A stretch of DNA of 63,311 nt, the filler included, from Lenisia limosa (Eukaryota > Protista > Breviatea): assembly GCA_001655205.1 (NCBI GenBank). It is 10 parts of 10 records of this genome, joined end to end, with 100 filler letters (N's around TTAATTAATTAA, not from the genome) between each part and the next. Parts side by side here need not be neighbours in the genome. Positions count along the whole stretch, not along the records: positions 13,794 to 23,919 come from LPNZ01005872.1; positions 24,020 to 36,523 come from LPNZ01007997.1; 8 more parts are not named here. The stretch is one strand, 5' to 3'. The notes under the pieces are model-generated. The model was not told the DNA's origin and ran no database searches. It saw nothing but the letters and a program-made list of their open reading frames with translations. The position numbers were made by a program, and so were the translations under genes. Positions 13,795 to 25,936 of this stretch are shown in pieces. Numbering within the stretch: the first letter of the stretch is position 1; the number at the start of each line of letters is the position of its first letter.

Positions 13795-15561
13795 TCTACC
13801 CAATAAACAACTTTATATCACCACGTACCGCTGCAGCATCAGGAACGCAGGTGGGTACTGCAATAATCCTCTCGAGGGTTGAAATGTGTGTTTGAAGCTG
13901 GAGCGATGTCAAAACACGGTAACAGTCCACAAATTGAGAACGAACGCAAAAGTTTCATCACCAAGTAAAGCCCCATCCCCCTCCCCGCAAGATATCGGTT
14001 ACAGTAAGGACGAGGCAAACCTCGGCTTTGAAGGAAGGCAGGAAGCTGTCAAACCATCCTCTTCGCTGGTCCCGGGGCAAGTCGCCGACAGTCTCCAGAA
14101 AGGCGGGCGCTAACGACAGCGGGGATATACACGCCTCCTACTAGGTAAACAGGCAATTCATAAGAATGTAATATTATCAAAAGAACTCTTGGAGGTGGCA
14201 AAAACTGTTGTCGAAAATAGGCCTACAGGCTCCGGTATATTTGACAGGTGAGTTGTGTCAATGACAAGGCGGGCCTGGGAGGTTAATAACCGAATACACT
14301 TGTGAGTGAAGTATAACGTGCATAGCAGGTGATATACGTCATTCTGAAAACTGACAAAAGACGCCCGCCCAGTCTCCCAAAATGAGAAAAAAAAAGAGAC
14401 ATTGCTCATTATTCTTATTTATTATTCCATATGCACCACATTCCCCCAAAGTCAGTATCACCCATTTCAAAAAAAGCCAAAAGGACGTACCCCCAGCATA
14501 CCGGTCTCTGCTGGGTGAAGTTACTCTGGTGGGTAAAGTTGGCGTGGTGGGACAAGGCTGGCATGATCTGTGTGGGAGAACCAATGGGATCGGGAGACGA
14601 GGATTCTTCGGAAATGGAGCTCTACAAACTGTTACGGTTGAAAGCTGAACCACGACTCTTCCAGGTAAAAAAAAAAGAGCAGTAGGCAATTTCGGAGTAA
14701 TAAGGTTTCCTATGGGAATGTGAGTGTACGGCCATTGCAGGTAGGTTCTCCTTTGTTCCCCTCATTCGCCACAAACGAAAGAGGTGGCGGGGTAAGGCGG
14801 GGATGGGAACTCAGCAACGCTTGGAAGAGCAAGAGGAGAAGTCATTGATCTCATTGAGGTGCTTCGTGAAATGGCAGGTCTCTCTCTCCTAGTTCGGATA
14901 AGAAACAAGAGGTGGAACCGGGTAATACACACGGAGAGGACTCAAAGAACAAAAACAGGCTTACAAGGTTGTTGAAGAGGGTGAGAGGTGCTCCTGTGTG
15001 AGTGGTTTGATACCATTAATGCTGTATTTTATGTCTGAGAGCTGTAATGAGAGGTCGTGAACCTGAGTCAATAAATAACAATTCCGATTCAAAATCGAAC
15101 AAACCAGTTGGAATAGCCTCGTATATTCCTCTGAATGGATGTGACACGCCTCAAGTTGAGCCTAAAAGGATAAAATAGAAAAGCAATTCGGAAACCAGGC
15201 GAAAATAAGGCCACCACTCACGCTTAATCTATCATATTCTGATTGCATTACATGTAGTCTACTCTCTTGCTGGGCGAGAACAACACCAGCTTCTTGTGAT
15301 TGGATATGAAGGTCTAAAAACTCCTCCTGTGCAGGTAAATATCATGTGTCTCAATAAAAAAACAGAATAAATTGAAGAATACTACCATTTAGCAGTAAAG
15401 AGAGTCAGAAAAATGAAGAACATCAAATTCCAAAAGTAAAAAGGCACATAACGTCCAATCCATTCAGTAAAATCATTGCTAACATCGTTTACTTCTCCAC
15501 AGTTCTTTTTGCGGGTAAAAGAGCACTCCTCATCGGGAGTACGACGTTTCCTTAGCGACAT
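13795..15561 (-). CDS. Multi-exon hypothetical protein (3'-truncated)
   Basis: MSLRKRRTPDEECSFTRKK...; exons EEFLDLHIQSQEAGVVLAQQESRLHVMQSEYDRLS|AQLEACHIHSEEYTRLFQL|VHDLSLQLSDIKYSING with GT-AG junctions; coiled-coil-like; family unknown. Confidence 0.45.
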
Positions 15562-15885
15562 CACGTTCAGTTATTAAAGGTCTGTGTTGACGTAACACAG
15601 AAACCCAAAGGCCTGTGGAAACGTCGGTGAAAAAGTTGAGTTTCAGTGTATATGTCAAAAAGATCCAGTGAGTCCACAAATAAAGGACAAATTTATAAAT
15701 AACAGAGTCCTAAAGTCTGAAAGAGGAGGACACAAATTCGGACATTTTTTTTTTTTCGGGAAGGGGTCGGAAGACATGGTCCGTCTCCGAGACAATAATA
15801 CAAATGTGTTTCAGGACCAAACAGAAACGACAAAGTACCCGCTTGAATCGAATATTGTATACATTTCCTAGTTATAAACAACACA

Positions 15886-18274
15886 ATGTCGGATCCTTTC
15901 AACACAGTTAAAGAGTTTGCTCAAAACTGCCCATCTAACCATTTCTAGAGAGGTATCACAGTCGCTAAGCACCACAGAAGGTATATTTAGACGTTGGAAG
16001 GAGCTCTTGGAGACAACTAATACATCAACTAGTCAAGAGTTTAACTGGACTCAAAATGAGCTGCAATCAAACCTGCAGGGAATCGTGTATGATTTAGAGG
16101 TGAGTGGTTTCTCTCCTAGTGGGGTGCTTTTGAGGTATTTTCCTTTTCCTGCTAACTTTGAAGGATCTTGATGAGACTGTCAAAATGGTTGAGGCAAGTC
16201 CTTCGCGCTTCACGGTAAGGCATTTGTGTATTTTCTCATGACTTGGTAGGTATCACAGGAGGAAATACAAAAGCGGAAGCAATTTATCAGCGAGTCGCAG
16301 CGAGTTGTCAAGGTAAATCACTCATCATTTTCCACCCTGTCACACCTTTAGAAAATCCAGGACACAATGAAAGCCCCAGAAACCACAGTATGATTGGTGG
16401 CAGACCCTAAAGAACACACATTTTGGTACACATTCCTTTTGACTGCTGTAGCAAAAAATTGATAAGGACAGCCGCGATTCTCTTTTTTCTTCAAAGGTTT
16501 GTGGCTATGTGATTGTTCCATTGCCAAATGACCAAGCCTCTATCAACGTGTCGCTTTTAATTAAGGATGGGGTTTTTTGTCTTCTATTTTCTTATCATGA
16601 TGCATACAAGCTCTCCCTGCGTCATACTCCAGGCAAATGAGACCAAACTGAACCCAAGAGACAGGCTTCAAGATGTTGCCATTGCTGACAATCAAGACTT
16701 TATCAATAACCAGGCCGAACAACAACAGGTGTGGCATTGTATTGCTGGTTTCCATTACGCATATTTCTCACCATGTTCCTTCTTTCAGCATGTTTCAGTT
16801 TAGTATTACACATTCCACATGTGATATGCAAATATATTATTCATAGTCTGTATATCAGATAATATACTAATTATTAATATGATACCATTTACAATTACGT
16901 TATATTATGGGAGTATTTTTATTATTGCCATTTTTTATACAGGCATTGAACGAGTCGGAATCAGATTGTTATTTGATAAACCTTATTTAAATAATGAAAA
17001 ACAACAATTGAAAGAGAAGCCTTCTCTGATTATAATGCATATGACGTATTCAAACATTTGTCGTACAGTACTGTGCCACTATGCGCAGCTTTCTGTGTGA
17101 CATAATTTTTCAAGTTTATTAATGGCAGCCTCTTTTTTTGATTTCAAGTCACATCACGGATTTAACACGGCCCTGACCTTGGCCTTTGGATAACTCCTTT
17201 CTATTTATTTTCTGCACGTCTTACGCTTTTGTATAAATGCAAACCTTCATTTTTGTTTTCACCTGCTCTCTCTAGATGGTGATAGAGCGCCAAGATATTG
17301 AGTTAGACGAACTTGGTCAGACTGTCGGCGTCATTGGACACATTGCAAGGGAAATTGGAACTGAACTTGACGATCAAGACAGGTTGGCTATTTGTTGGGT
17401 ATTTCATTTGTGGTTGAGAATCTTGTAGTTAAATATGATATGTTTTTTTTTTTTTTTTTTTTTNNNNNNNNNNNNNNNNNNNNNNNNNNNNNNNNNNNNN
17501 NNNNNNNNNNNNNNNNNNNNNNNNNNNNNNNNNNNNNNNNAAATGGTAACAAGTATGAGAGCTTCACTTTCGGTTCCGAAACACCTGTAAAATAACTTGT
17601 GAAGCTCTACTTATTAGTATTAGTGACTACTATTTTATCGTTGGCTAAGTGAATTGACCCTCCCAGATTGTTGGAAAATTTAGACCAAGATATGTCAAGT
17701 ACAGGAAGCAGGCTCAAACACCAGGTTTGATTTTTACCGGATAGCCCTTTTTTTTTTTTATTTCTCGATGCTAAATATACATGTACGTAATATGTATACT
17801 TATACTATATTTGTAAATGAAAGAAGACAAGTTACAGCGTGCTCTAGATTTGAGGTTATTATATTTATTACTGGTGTTGCATATTTTTTTTTGTCGCTGC
17901 CAATGTTGATTAAAGACCCTAAACTTTCTATAATTTATTAATAAAGCCAATGTTTATTAGTATCACCCTCCATCTTAGGTTTTATCAGTATCACCCCTCC
18001 ATATTTTTAAGCATTCCAACATGTATGCTTGAGCTCTGATTTAATTGNNNNNNNNNNNNNNNNNNNNNNNNNNNNNNNNNNNNNNNNNNNNNNNNNNNNN
18101 NNNNNNNNNNNNNNNNNNNNNNNNNNNNNNNNNNNNNNNNNNNNNNNNNNNNNNNNNNNNNNNNNNNNNNNNNNNNNNNNNNNTGAATCCAACAAGGACA
18201 AGATGCCAACAATGACAATCATTTTCCTAATCATTGTTCTTGCAGTTCTGGGCTACTTTATTTATCAATCTTAA
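15886..18274 (+). CDS. STX6: Syntaxin-6/Tlg1-like Qc-SNARE
   Basis: MSDPFNTVKE N-terminus, DLEDLDETVKMVEASPSRF, SNARE motif RQDIELDELGQTVGVIGHIAREIGTELDDQ, C-terminal TM MTIIFLIIVLAVLGYFIY. Confidence 0.9.
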
Positions 18275-18723
18275 TTTAAACTGGCATGGCATCCTTATAT
18301 TAGTATTACTATGTTACACAAGGCTACATAAAAGGAGGAGTGTCTAATTTCTCACTATATACTCCTCCTAGAATTATCATGGGAACATGGAGGTGCAGTG
18401 AGTGTCAATCAAATAAGGCGAGGAGGATAACAAAGTCCATCAATCATTGATGAAGAAAATTATATGGAGGCAAGGGCCACCCAGAAGTCAGATTTTAGAA
18501 TTATAAATGGAGGTATTTATTAGAGAATTAGTTATTAATTGTATGATGGACAGAGATGAGCACTGAGAAGATGCAGGCAGATGGTGACAAGAGGAAAAAG
18601 AAAAGGCATGCACTCTTAACAAAAAGGTGGAATATATGCTGACAATTCTAAAGCACTAAACATATAGCCGCAGTGAAACCGTGTATGATTCGCCAGGGGG
18701 ATTTTATCCAGAGAAAAATGAAG

Positions 18724-19771
18724 TTAGGCCATGCGTTGGACGAGCTCGTTGATGTGCTCCTCGCGGTTACCGAACTGGCCACCCTCGATGAAGTGGTTGC
18801 GCTTCTTGTCGAGTCCCTTGGTGGGGGAGTTGAGCTTGAAGGGCCAGAAGAAACGGTTAACCTAAAAAAAAGTCAAAACGAACAATAAAAGAAGCGAAAC
18901 AAACCTCACGGAAGTGGGGACCGCAAGTGAAGATCTCGTGGATGAGGTCCTCAACGCAGATGAGTCCCTGCTTGCCGAGCTCCTTCTCAACGACGAGGTT
19001 ATCGACGATGGGAACGCGCTGGTGGTTGACCTTAGCGTATCCGCGCTTGTAGACAAGAGTGCGGACAGTCTTCAGAGAGGGGTAGCCGTAAGCGATGTAG
19101 GGCTCAACAAGACGGAGCATGTTGATGGTAGCCTTGTTAAGCTTAACGAAGACAGCGTTGTTGATCTGGAAACATTAAGTCAACTCTTATAATTCTCGAA
19201 CATACTCTAGATTACGATTAACCACTAACCTGACGGAGACGGAAGAGCTGGAGGATCTTCTTGGTACGAGGGTCAACACCGTTGATACCGCGAATACGGA
19301 CAACAATGGCGACCTTAGCCTCGGGCTCGACAAAGTAGTTGCCAGCAGCACGGGCAGCACGACGGCACTGAACGAGGTTGCGGGCAGCAGTGCGGTACTC
19401 CTTGGCGTATCTTTGGGCAGACTTGAAGATAACACGGCGCTTCTCCTTCTGGACCTTCGAGGTAAGAAGAGAAGACAACTTTGAATTTTCAAAATATTGG
19501 AACAAATACAAACCTTCTTGAAGGCAGCAACGGTCTTCTTCTTGGCCTCAGTCTGAGCGGCGACGCGCTTGCGGCGCTTCAGGATGGTGGGGGGAACCTT
19601 GAAGAGTCATAAGGCGAACAAACCCCTCAAAGAGGATGAAAACAATACAGGCTCAGTCGAAAGATGGTATATGAACCCTCATAGGTTTCAGGCATAAGGA
19701 TCTAATCAAGGCCGGCAAGCATGGCACAAACAATCATTCTAACTAACCTGTGATTCGGCCTTGGGTGACAT
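18724..19771 (-). CDS. RPL7: 60S ribosomal protein L7 (uL30)
   Basis: [75 protein letters not shown]; strongly C-ending codons. Confidence 0.97.
19648..19742 (-). ncRNA. Intronic box C/D snoRNA, predicted guide for LSU rRNA Am807 (yeast numbering; snR39/snR59-like)
   Basis: In RPL7 intron 1 (19598-19747): C-like box ATGATTG, internal CTGA (D') and ATGAGG (C'), guide ACCATCTTTCG, then D box CTGA. The guide is complementary to conserved LSU CGAAAGAUGGU, and the D+5 rule lands on the second A after G805. Confidence 0.85.
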
Positions 19772-19983
19772 AATGGATAAGTGGCGAACCTAACCTGTAA
19801 AGAGGAAGTCAAAAAGAAAATTTTTGGCAAAAAAGAAATTGGATGACCTGGTTCAGTTCAGAATACGAATTTAGATATTGTTTTGAAACGGGACCTTATT
19901 TCTTAAATTTTCATCGATAAATTTATATTTAATAATTAAAGCGTTGAATACAGGATTGCAGGATAGTTCACACTTCAAAGACA

Positions 19984-22900
19984 ATGTCAGCAGAAGATCT
20001 TGCCAAAGAAGCCTTACCTGAGGTTTGTTTGTCGCAGTCTTCCTTTAACTATTATTAAGGTCAATAAAAATGACATCAATTACTCGATGACTGCCTTTTG
20101 GTATCCTCTCTTTCGTGATCATACGTACAAGACAGTCTTCGTTCCCCTTACTAACACTGAGGCTCTTTTTTTGACATCTGGAAGGTATGCTAGTGTTGAC
20201 TTCCCACTCTTCATCCTTCGTACTTCTCATTTGCTTTTAGAGTCAGAGCTCCTTGGTTGGAGGATGAGGATGACAGGTTGGTCAGGTATTAGTTGAGAAT
20301 CTATAGTAGTGTAGTGTAATAGTATTTTGATGTATTTAAATGGGGGGGGGGTGATTTCATTTGTTCGCTGTGTTTGGTCTATTTTCGAGTCAATCTCTTT
20401 CTGGTGTGATTTTCTTGAGTATTATCCAATCCCTTTATTTTGATATATAATACATAGTTTTGAACACAAAGAGGTCAATATCTTGCGTTTCACCAATCCA
20501 GTGAAGATGAGTGGTCCGAAGGTGCATTGGAATATCTGAGAAATAAGAAAACGTTGGTGGAATACGTTTTTTACTAACACCCTTGCTATTCTTAATGCAG
20601 CTATTCTTAATGCATCCAGCGAGCCTATTGAAGAGAGTGAAAGTGATGAGGAGACTGAAGTTCAGGAGCCGGAAGTAAGTTGGAATGATGAGGGTCGTCA
20701 CCTATCAATCTTGCAGCTTTGTTCCCTGCTTTTTGTGTTGTGTAGGTTGAAGATAAATTTCTGCTTCACCCCCCCCCCCCNNNNNNNNNNNNNNNNNNNN
20801 NNNNNNNNNNNNNNNNNNNNNNNNNNNNNNNNNNNNNNNNNNNNNNNGTACTGCAATGGACCGACTTGGCAACAGGGTGTTCTGCAAGCTCACGTGGTCT
20901 GCTCCATCGGTATGCTGGAGAGACATACAATGGTGTGTGTGTGGGGTTTTATGACAAATGGGATGTGATAATAATGCATTTTTGTGAACACGTTTCCGCC
21001 AAATAGCTAAGAGACAGTTTTATCATTGCTAGCCGGTATCTAGGGATCCATATTTCTTTCACTTCCAAGGATGCCTCATGGATGCTTCCTGAAAAAACTC
21101 TTTGCAGAAGCGAGCAGGTAATTTTGTGTTGATAGTTGTCTCAGCTTTTTGTGAACTTCGTTTCAATTATTTGTTTTGACTGTTCTAAGAAGAGGAAATT
21201 TGGAATGAGGGATGGCTGTTCTGGTTGGACACATATATATTACACCAAATTGTTAACCATCAAGTGAAATTTCTCAAATATTCTTATGATAATTTTAGGA
21301 AATTGTTGAAGTGCTACAATCGTCGAATTTTGTGGCCCGTGATGTTCTTCAACCGTTGGAGGGGGGGAGGTCACCTAAAGAGTGGCAGATCTCAGGAATC
21401 TGATGATTAATAAATGAACAAATGTCCTTATCACCCACAAGGTACATCTACTGTCTGGATGGTACCGAAGAGAAGGACCTCACTTCCAGCATCAAGGATA
21501 TGGGTGAGTGAATACGCCTTGCTACGCCTTTGTTCTAGAGACAACCTTGGATTCCGATATGCTCTGGTAAAGGCTTCTATTTGATAGACATCTCTGGCCT
21601 GAGCGTTGTTTTCGTTACCCCCAACCCAGGTGTATATGGCCCTGGTCCCGTCAGTATCTCATCGGCCCCCACCAACGTGCTGGCAGCTCCGAGTGAGGAC
21701 GGGCCTCGTGCCATTATCACCCTCAGGAAGTTGGCGGAATAATGGGATTAGGGCCCTTATATTACATCCCATTACAATATTGGATATTATTTATCCCATT
21801 AATCCCCCCCCCCCCCCNNNNNNNNNNNNNNNNNNNNNNNNNNNNNNNNNNNNNNNNNNNNNNNNNNNNNNNNNNNNNNNNNNNNNNNNNNNNNNNNNNN
21901 NNNNNNNNNNNNNNNNNNNNNNNNNNNNNNNNNNNNNNNNNNTTAATTGGTGAGTGGGAGGAGGGGTTCTTTCATGTAAGTAAAAGCCAAAATTTTCTAC
22001 TTTTGCTTCAGCTCTTGGACATTTTTGTTTATACTGACACCCAAAGGTGCCTGTCAGAGAGACATAGCAACATACTACCCGGATTTCGCGGAGGAATCAT
22101 ACTGTGACGAGATTCGCTCGATGATCATCGCCTTCTTCAATAGCACTATTTCAGAAGTCTATCCTGGCTCTGACTGTGGGGGGGGGGGGGNNNNNNNNNN
22201 NNNNNNNNNNNNNNNNNNNNNNNNNNNNNNNNNNNNNNNNNNNNNNNNNNNNNNNNNNNNNNNNNNNNNNNNNNNNNNNNNNNNNNNNNNNNNNNNNNNN
22301 NNNNNNNNNNNNNNNNNNNNNNNNNNNNNNNNNNNNNNNNNNNNNNNNNNNNNNNNNNNNAAATTCCAGTTAACAGCAATTGAGCTCTTTTCGCCATGTT
22401 GTTTTCACCGCTCCCTCTCCTTCAGATGTTGTGGACGTCTCTGTAGACTCCAGTAAAGACAAGGTGAAGATCCTTGACTTTGGTCCCTTTGGCGGATGCA
22501 CCGATAGTTTACTATTCGACTGGATGAGCCTCAAAAAAACGACTTCTGATAGCGAGTGGGGTGGGGTGGATGGAGTATGTGATTGGGCTTTGTTTTGTTG
22601 TTCTCAACCCTTGTGTGTTGTCAGCCAACAGATTTGATTTGGGTTTTTTTTTTTGTTTCATAAATTTTCCAATTTTACTTCCCCCCCCCCCCNNNNNNNN
22701 NNNNNNNNNNNNNNNNNNNNNNNNNNNNNNNNNNNNNNNNNNNNNNNNNNNNNNNNNNNNNNNNNNNNNNNNNNNNNNNNNNNNNNNNNNNNNNNNNNNN
22801 NNNNNCTACCCACTACTCAGGGCTGCCGTTTGATTTGAGGTGGGATTCAAATTATATGTGCCTTGAAAAATAATTATTGAGCTGTTTTTTGAGGAGAAGA

Positions 22901-23007
22901 AGACTTCCTGTGTTGATAATTATAGAGAGACCAACCCAAATACTCTTGCCGAACTTGCGAAGCATATCCAAAAGACAAAGACAACGGAAGCTCCATCTCA
23001 AGCCTAA
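19984..23007 (+). CDS. CDC123: Cell division cycle protein 123 (eIF2 assembly ATP-grasp protein)
   Basis: YSMTAFWYPLFRDHTYKTVFVPL, KDASWMLPEKTL, QRDIATYYPDF, KVKILDFGPFGGCTDSLLFDW. Confidence 0.9.
22585..22692 (+). repeat. Intronic repeat family C (GGGCTTTGTTTTGTTG..TCAACCC..GTGTTGTCAGCCAACAGA..CATAAATTTTCCAATTTTACT-polyC)
   Basis: Homologous copies at 35822-35939(-), 47112-47264(+), 56939-57010(+), 58531-58618(+). Confidence 0.8.
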
Positions 23008-23444
23008 GGGATTATGGTATCAGTTTTGAGAATTGAGGTATGGTATTTTGATGTAATTTTATGAAGGCAGAGGTTTATTTGGTTGCTCAATAGGGTGATT
23101 ATAATACTGACTCTGGAGTTTGGTGGGCTCAGTTTCTTCCGATCAAAGAGTTCCTTTTTTGGATTACGTCCCATTTCTATTACAAAAAGTATCAGGCCTC
23201 ACTGAAATGCAAAATAAATAATGGGGAAACAGGGACAGAAAACAAGCACAAAAACAGAACAAAAAGACGAATAGTACACAAAACTGAAATCAAAACTACA
23301 CAATTTCCACTGCTGCAGGGGTGTGTGAAGCCACTGTCGAACACTGAATGGTGAAACCCACCAAATGAAAGAAGGAAGGCATACAATTGAAATAAAGGAA
23401 GGCATACAGTCTCAAATATAATCAAGTTAAGCTTCACTTCAGTA

Positions 23445-23919
23445 CAGATACAAGACGCTCGAAAAACCTTTTCCATCTTTATCCTGGATCGAAGAGAAAC
23501 CCAAACCAGTGACTCCTTCTCACCTGTGGCGGGAGTTGAGATTTGAAGAAAGCTGTCCACTGCTGTTCCACACCCTCCTTTACGTCAGCCTCAAAAGCTT
23601 CACGTAGAATCNNNNNNNNNNNNNNNNNNNNNNNNNNNNNNNNNNNNNNNNNNNNNNNNNNNNNNNNNNNNNNNNNNNNNNNNNNNNNNNNNNNNNNNNN
23701 NNNNNNNNNNACGAACCGAATAATCTGAAAAAAAACAAAACACGTAAGGAAATATCTACTTGCGAAAAACGGTCACAATGTTAACAGTAACCCCCAAACC
23801 TCAGCCAATTCTTCACCCGAGTTACCCAGCTTCTTCTTCTTCCGGACCTCCTCCACCAGCGGCACAGCAATGTCGGCAACAGGCTCGGCAATACTCCCCG
23901 TCATGGGGTATGAGACGTG
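23445..23919 (-). CDS. 3' fragment of an unknown multi-exon gene
   Basis: Exons ...AVPLVEEVRKKKKLGNSGEELAE| and ILREAFEADVKEGVEQQWTAFFKSQLPPQ|DKDGKGFSSVLYLY*. Confidence 0.3.
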
Positions 23920-24019
23920 NNNNNNNNNNNNNNNNNNNNNNNNNNNNNNNNNNNNNNNNNNNNTTAATTAATTAANNNNNNNNNNNNNNNNNNNNNNNNN
24001 NNNNNNNNNNNNNNNNNNN

Positions 24020-25403
24020 AAGTGATTCGAACAAGAACAACCCCAAGCTTACTTTCACAGAAGGTGCGCCAATTATCGTGAAAACCAAATATTTTTGAGG
24101 GGTTTTGGGCATCAGACCTACTTCGGTGAAATTACTGCGAGCTAAATTTGGTAGTATTTTTTTCGCGGCTTTGGGGGGTCACCTATATATATATATATAT
24201 GTATATAGTATATGATATAATATAATATCATATATTTACAAGGAGTTGATTTAAAAGTTGGAGATTGTTGACTCCATTTCTTACCAAGTAATTTGTAACT
24301 AATATCACTGTTTAGGTTTGCTTTAGATGAAGGCCCGCCTCTTCGGATCCGGGCTACTCAAGGGCACACGATAGAGGTTTGTTCACCTAATGCCGTTTTA
24401 CAGGTATTCGATCTTCTTGTTTGTTCTTAGTGAGCATACTATTTAAACCCAACAATCCTAGTTCTGGTTTTGACTAGTTTTAAATGTTTAGTTGGAAGAT
24501 CCTGTTCTTGAAAAGCTGACATCTCCACGTCTGTAAGGGAGTTTTGTTGATTTGTTCTTTGAACATCGATACTGTGTGATTTTCAGTTTCTAATCGTGTA
24601 GCGGTTATAATGATCCATGGCACCAAGAGAGCCTCATGGGACATCATAAAAACAGACGGTGGGTGTTTCTTTTGAGATATCTGCAACTTCTAAATATATC
24701 TCATTTCCCTAACTATTAAGGATTAAGGAATATGGGACGAGTGCACATTCATGGCTTGGACTGGATACCGACAGATGAAGACATGAAAATGAGTTGGAGA
24801 GTTTGGGTCATATCATTTTATGCACCCACTATGCACCCCACATTCAATTACTAATCTTCCATCTTAGTTATGCACCCCACATTCAACAATTACTAATCTC
24901 CATCTTAGTTATGCATTTTCCGGAGAAACTCGATTCTTCCACATATGTGTTCTTCAATGATCTGATTTTTTAGAGAGAGCAAGAAGATGCCAAGTTATTA
25001 TTCATTTGGACCCAAGGAAGATGATGGAAGGTCGGTGCGACATGTGAATACTATATGCATGATGGAGCGTTGAATGTCACGTGTTAGTTTCATGTCGTTT
25101 CCTATTTGACCTGTCTGACCTCATTCAAGACGGTTTGGAGATCTTCAAAAGTACCAACAATGTGCTCCTGTGCCCTGGTTTCGATGGTCGCATTCCTCCA
25201 AAGTAGGCGGTAAATTTTGTCGTTAGTATAACATTACTTCAGACACCACTCTCTTAATGTACTTTCAACATCAATTTCACTTCTTATTTCTGCCTCATAT
25301 TTATAAGATCCTTTCAACTATTCCAGCCAGCGATCGATTTTCTCATAATCTCAGGTATTTCATCAAGGCTGTTGACACAAGAGGCAATCCACTTCCTATG
25401 TAA
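24020..25403 (+). CDS. TPT1: tRNA 2'-phosphotransferase (Tpt1/KptA), 5'-truncated
   Basis: LRIRATQGHT, MIHGTKRASWDIIKTDGLRNMGRVHIH, DGLEIFKSTNNVLLCPGFDGRIPPKYF. Confidence 0.9.
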
Positions 25404-25936
25404 TCGTATTGAAGTCAGATTGGCTAGGTTGGTGTTGGCTTCTTTATAGATTTTTTATTCTAATTTTTTGGCTTGGGCTTTATGCTTTTGTTGATTTACA
25501 AGGAAGCCTTTTCAATAAGTATTACGACTGTGGGATTCGATATCCCTCACCAATTCTATTTTTCATCATTTAGATTGATCACAATGGAGTTCGTCTGGAC
25601 ATTGTGTGACATGTACCCTGTTATTCATTTTGTTCAATTTCATAAATACGAGCATTCTGTTAACCTTGGTTCCGTCATCTGTAAAAACAGCAAATGGCTA
25701 ATATTATTTCAATGAATTGAGTCAGGGGGCTATACAATGTCCGTTCTTCGTATATAAAATTAATCATTATTGTTTGGGCTGACAGGGTTGAACAACTAGA
25801 ACAAAGCCAGGGAGAAAAATAAACTTGTTTAGAGTTATACCCCTAGAAGCAAGTGAACAATCAACCATTCCACATTATAACATAAAACCTCTCTTGGAAT
25901 TTGCCCATTTCAATTATTCAACTATTCGGTTTATTT

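Noticed and set aside
14382-14689. Plus-strand ORFs as protease or RNase H fragments
   Set aside because: No convincing motif; the region is better explained by exons of the minus-strand hypothetical gene.
18914-19192. Plus-strand ORF and other antisense ORFs over RPL7
   Set aside because: Shadow ORFs caused by strong codon bias of the minus-strand RPL7.
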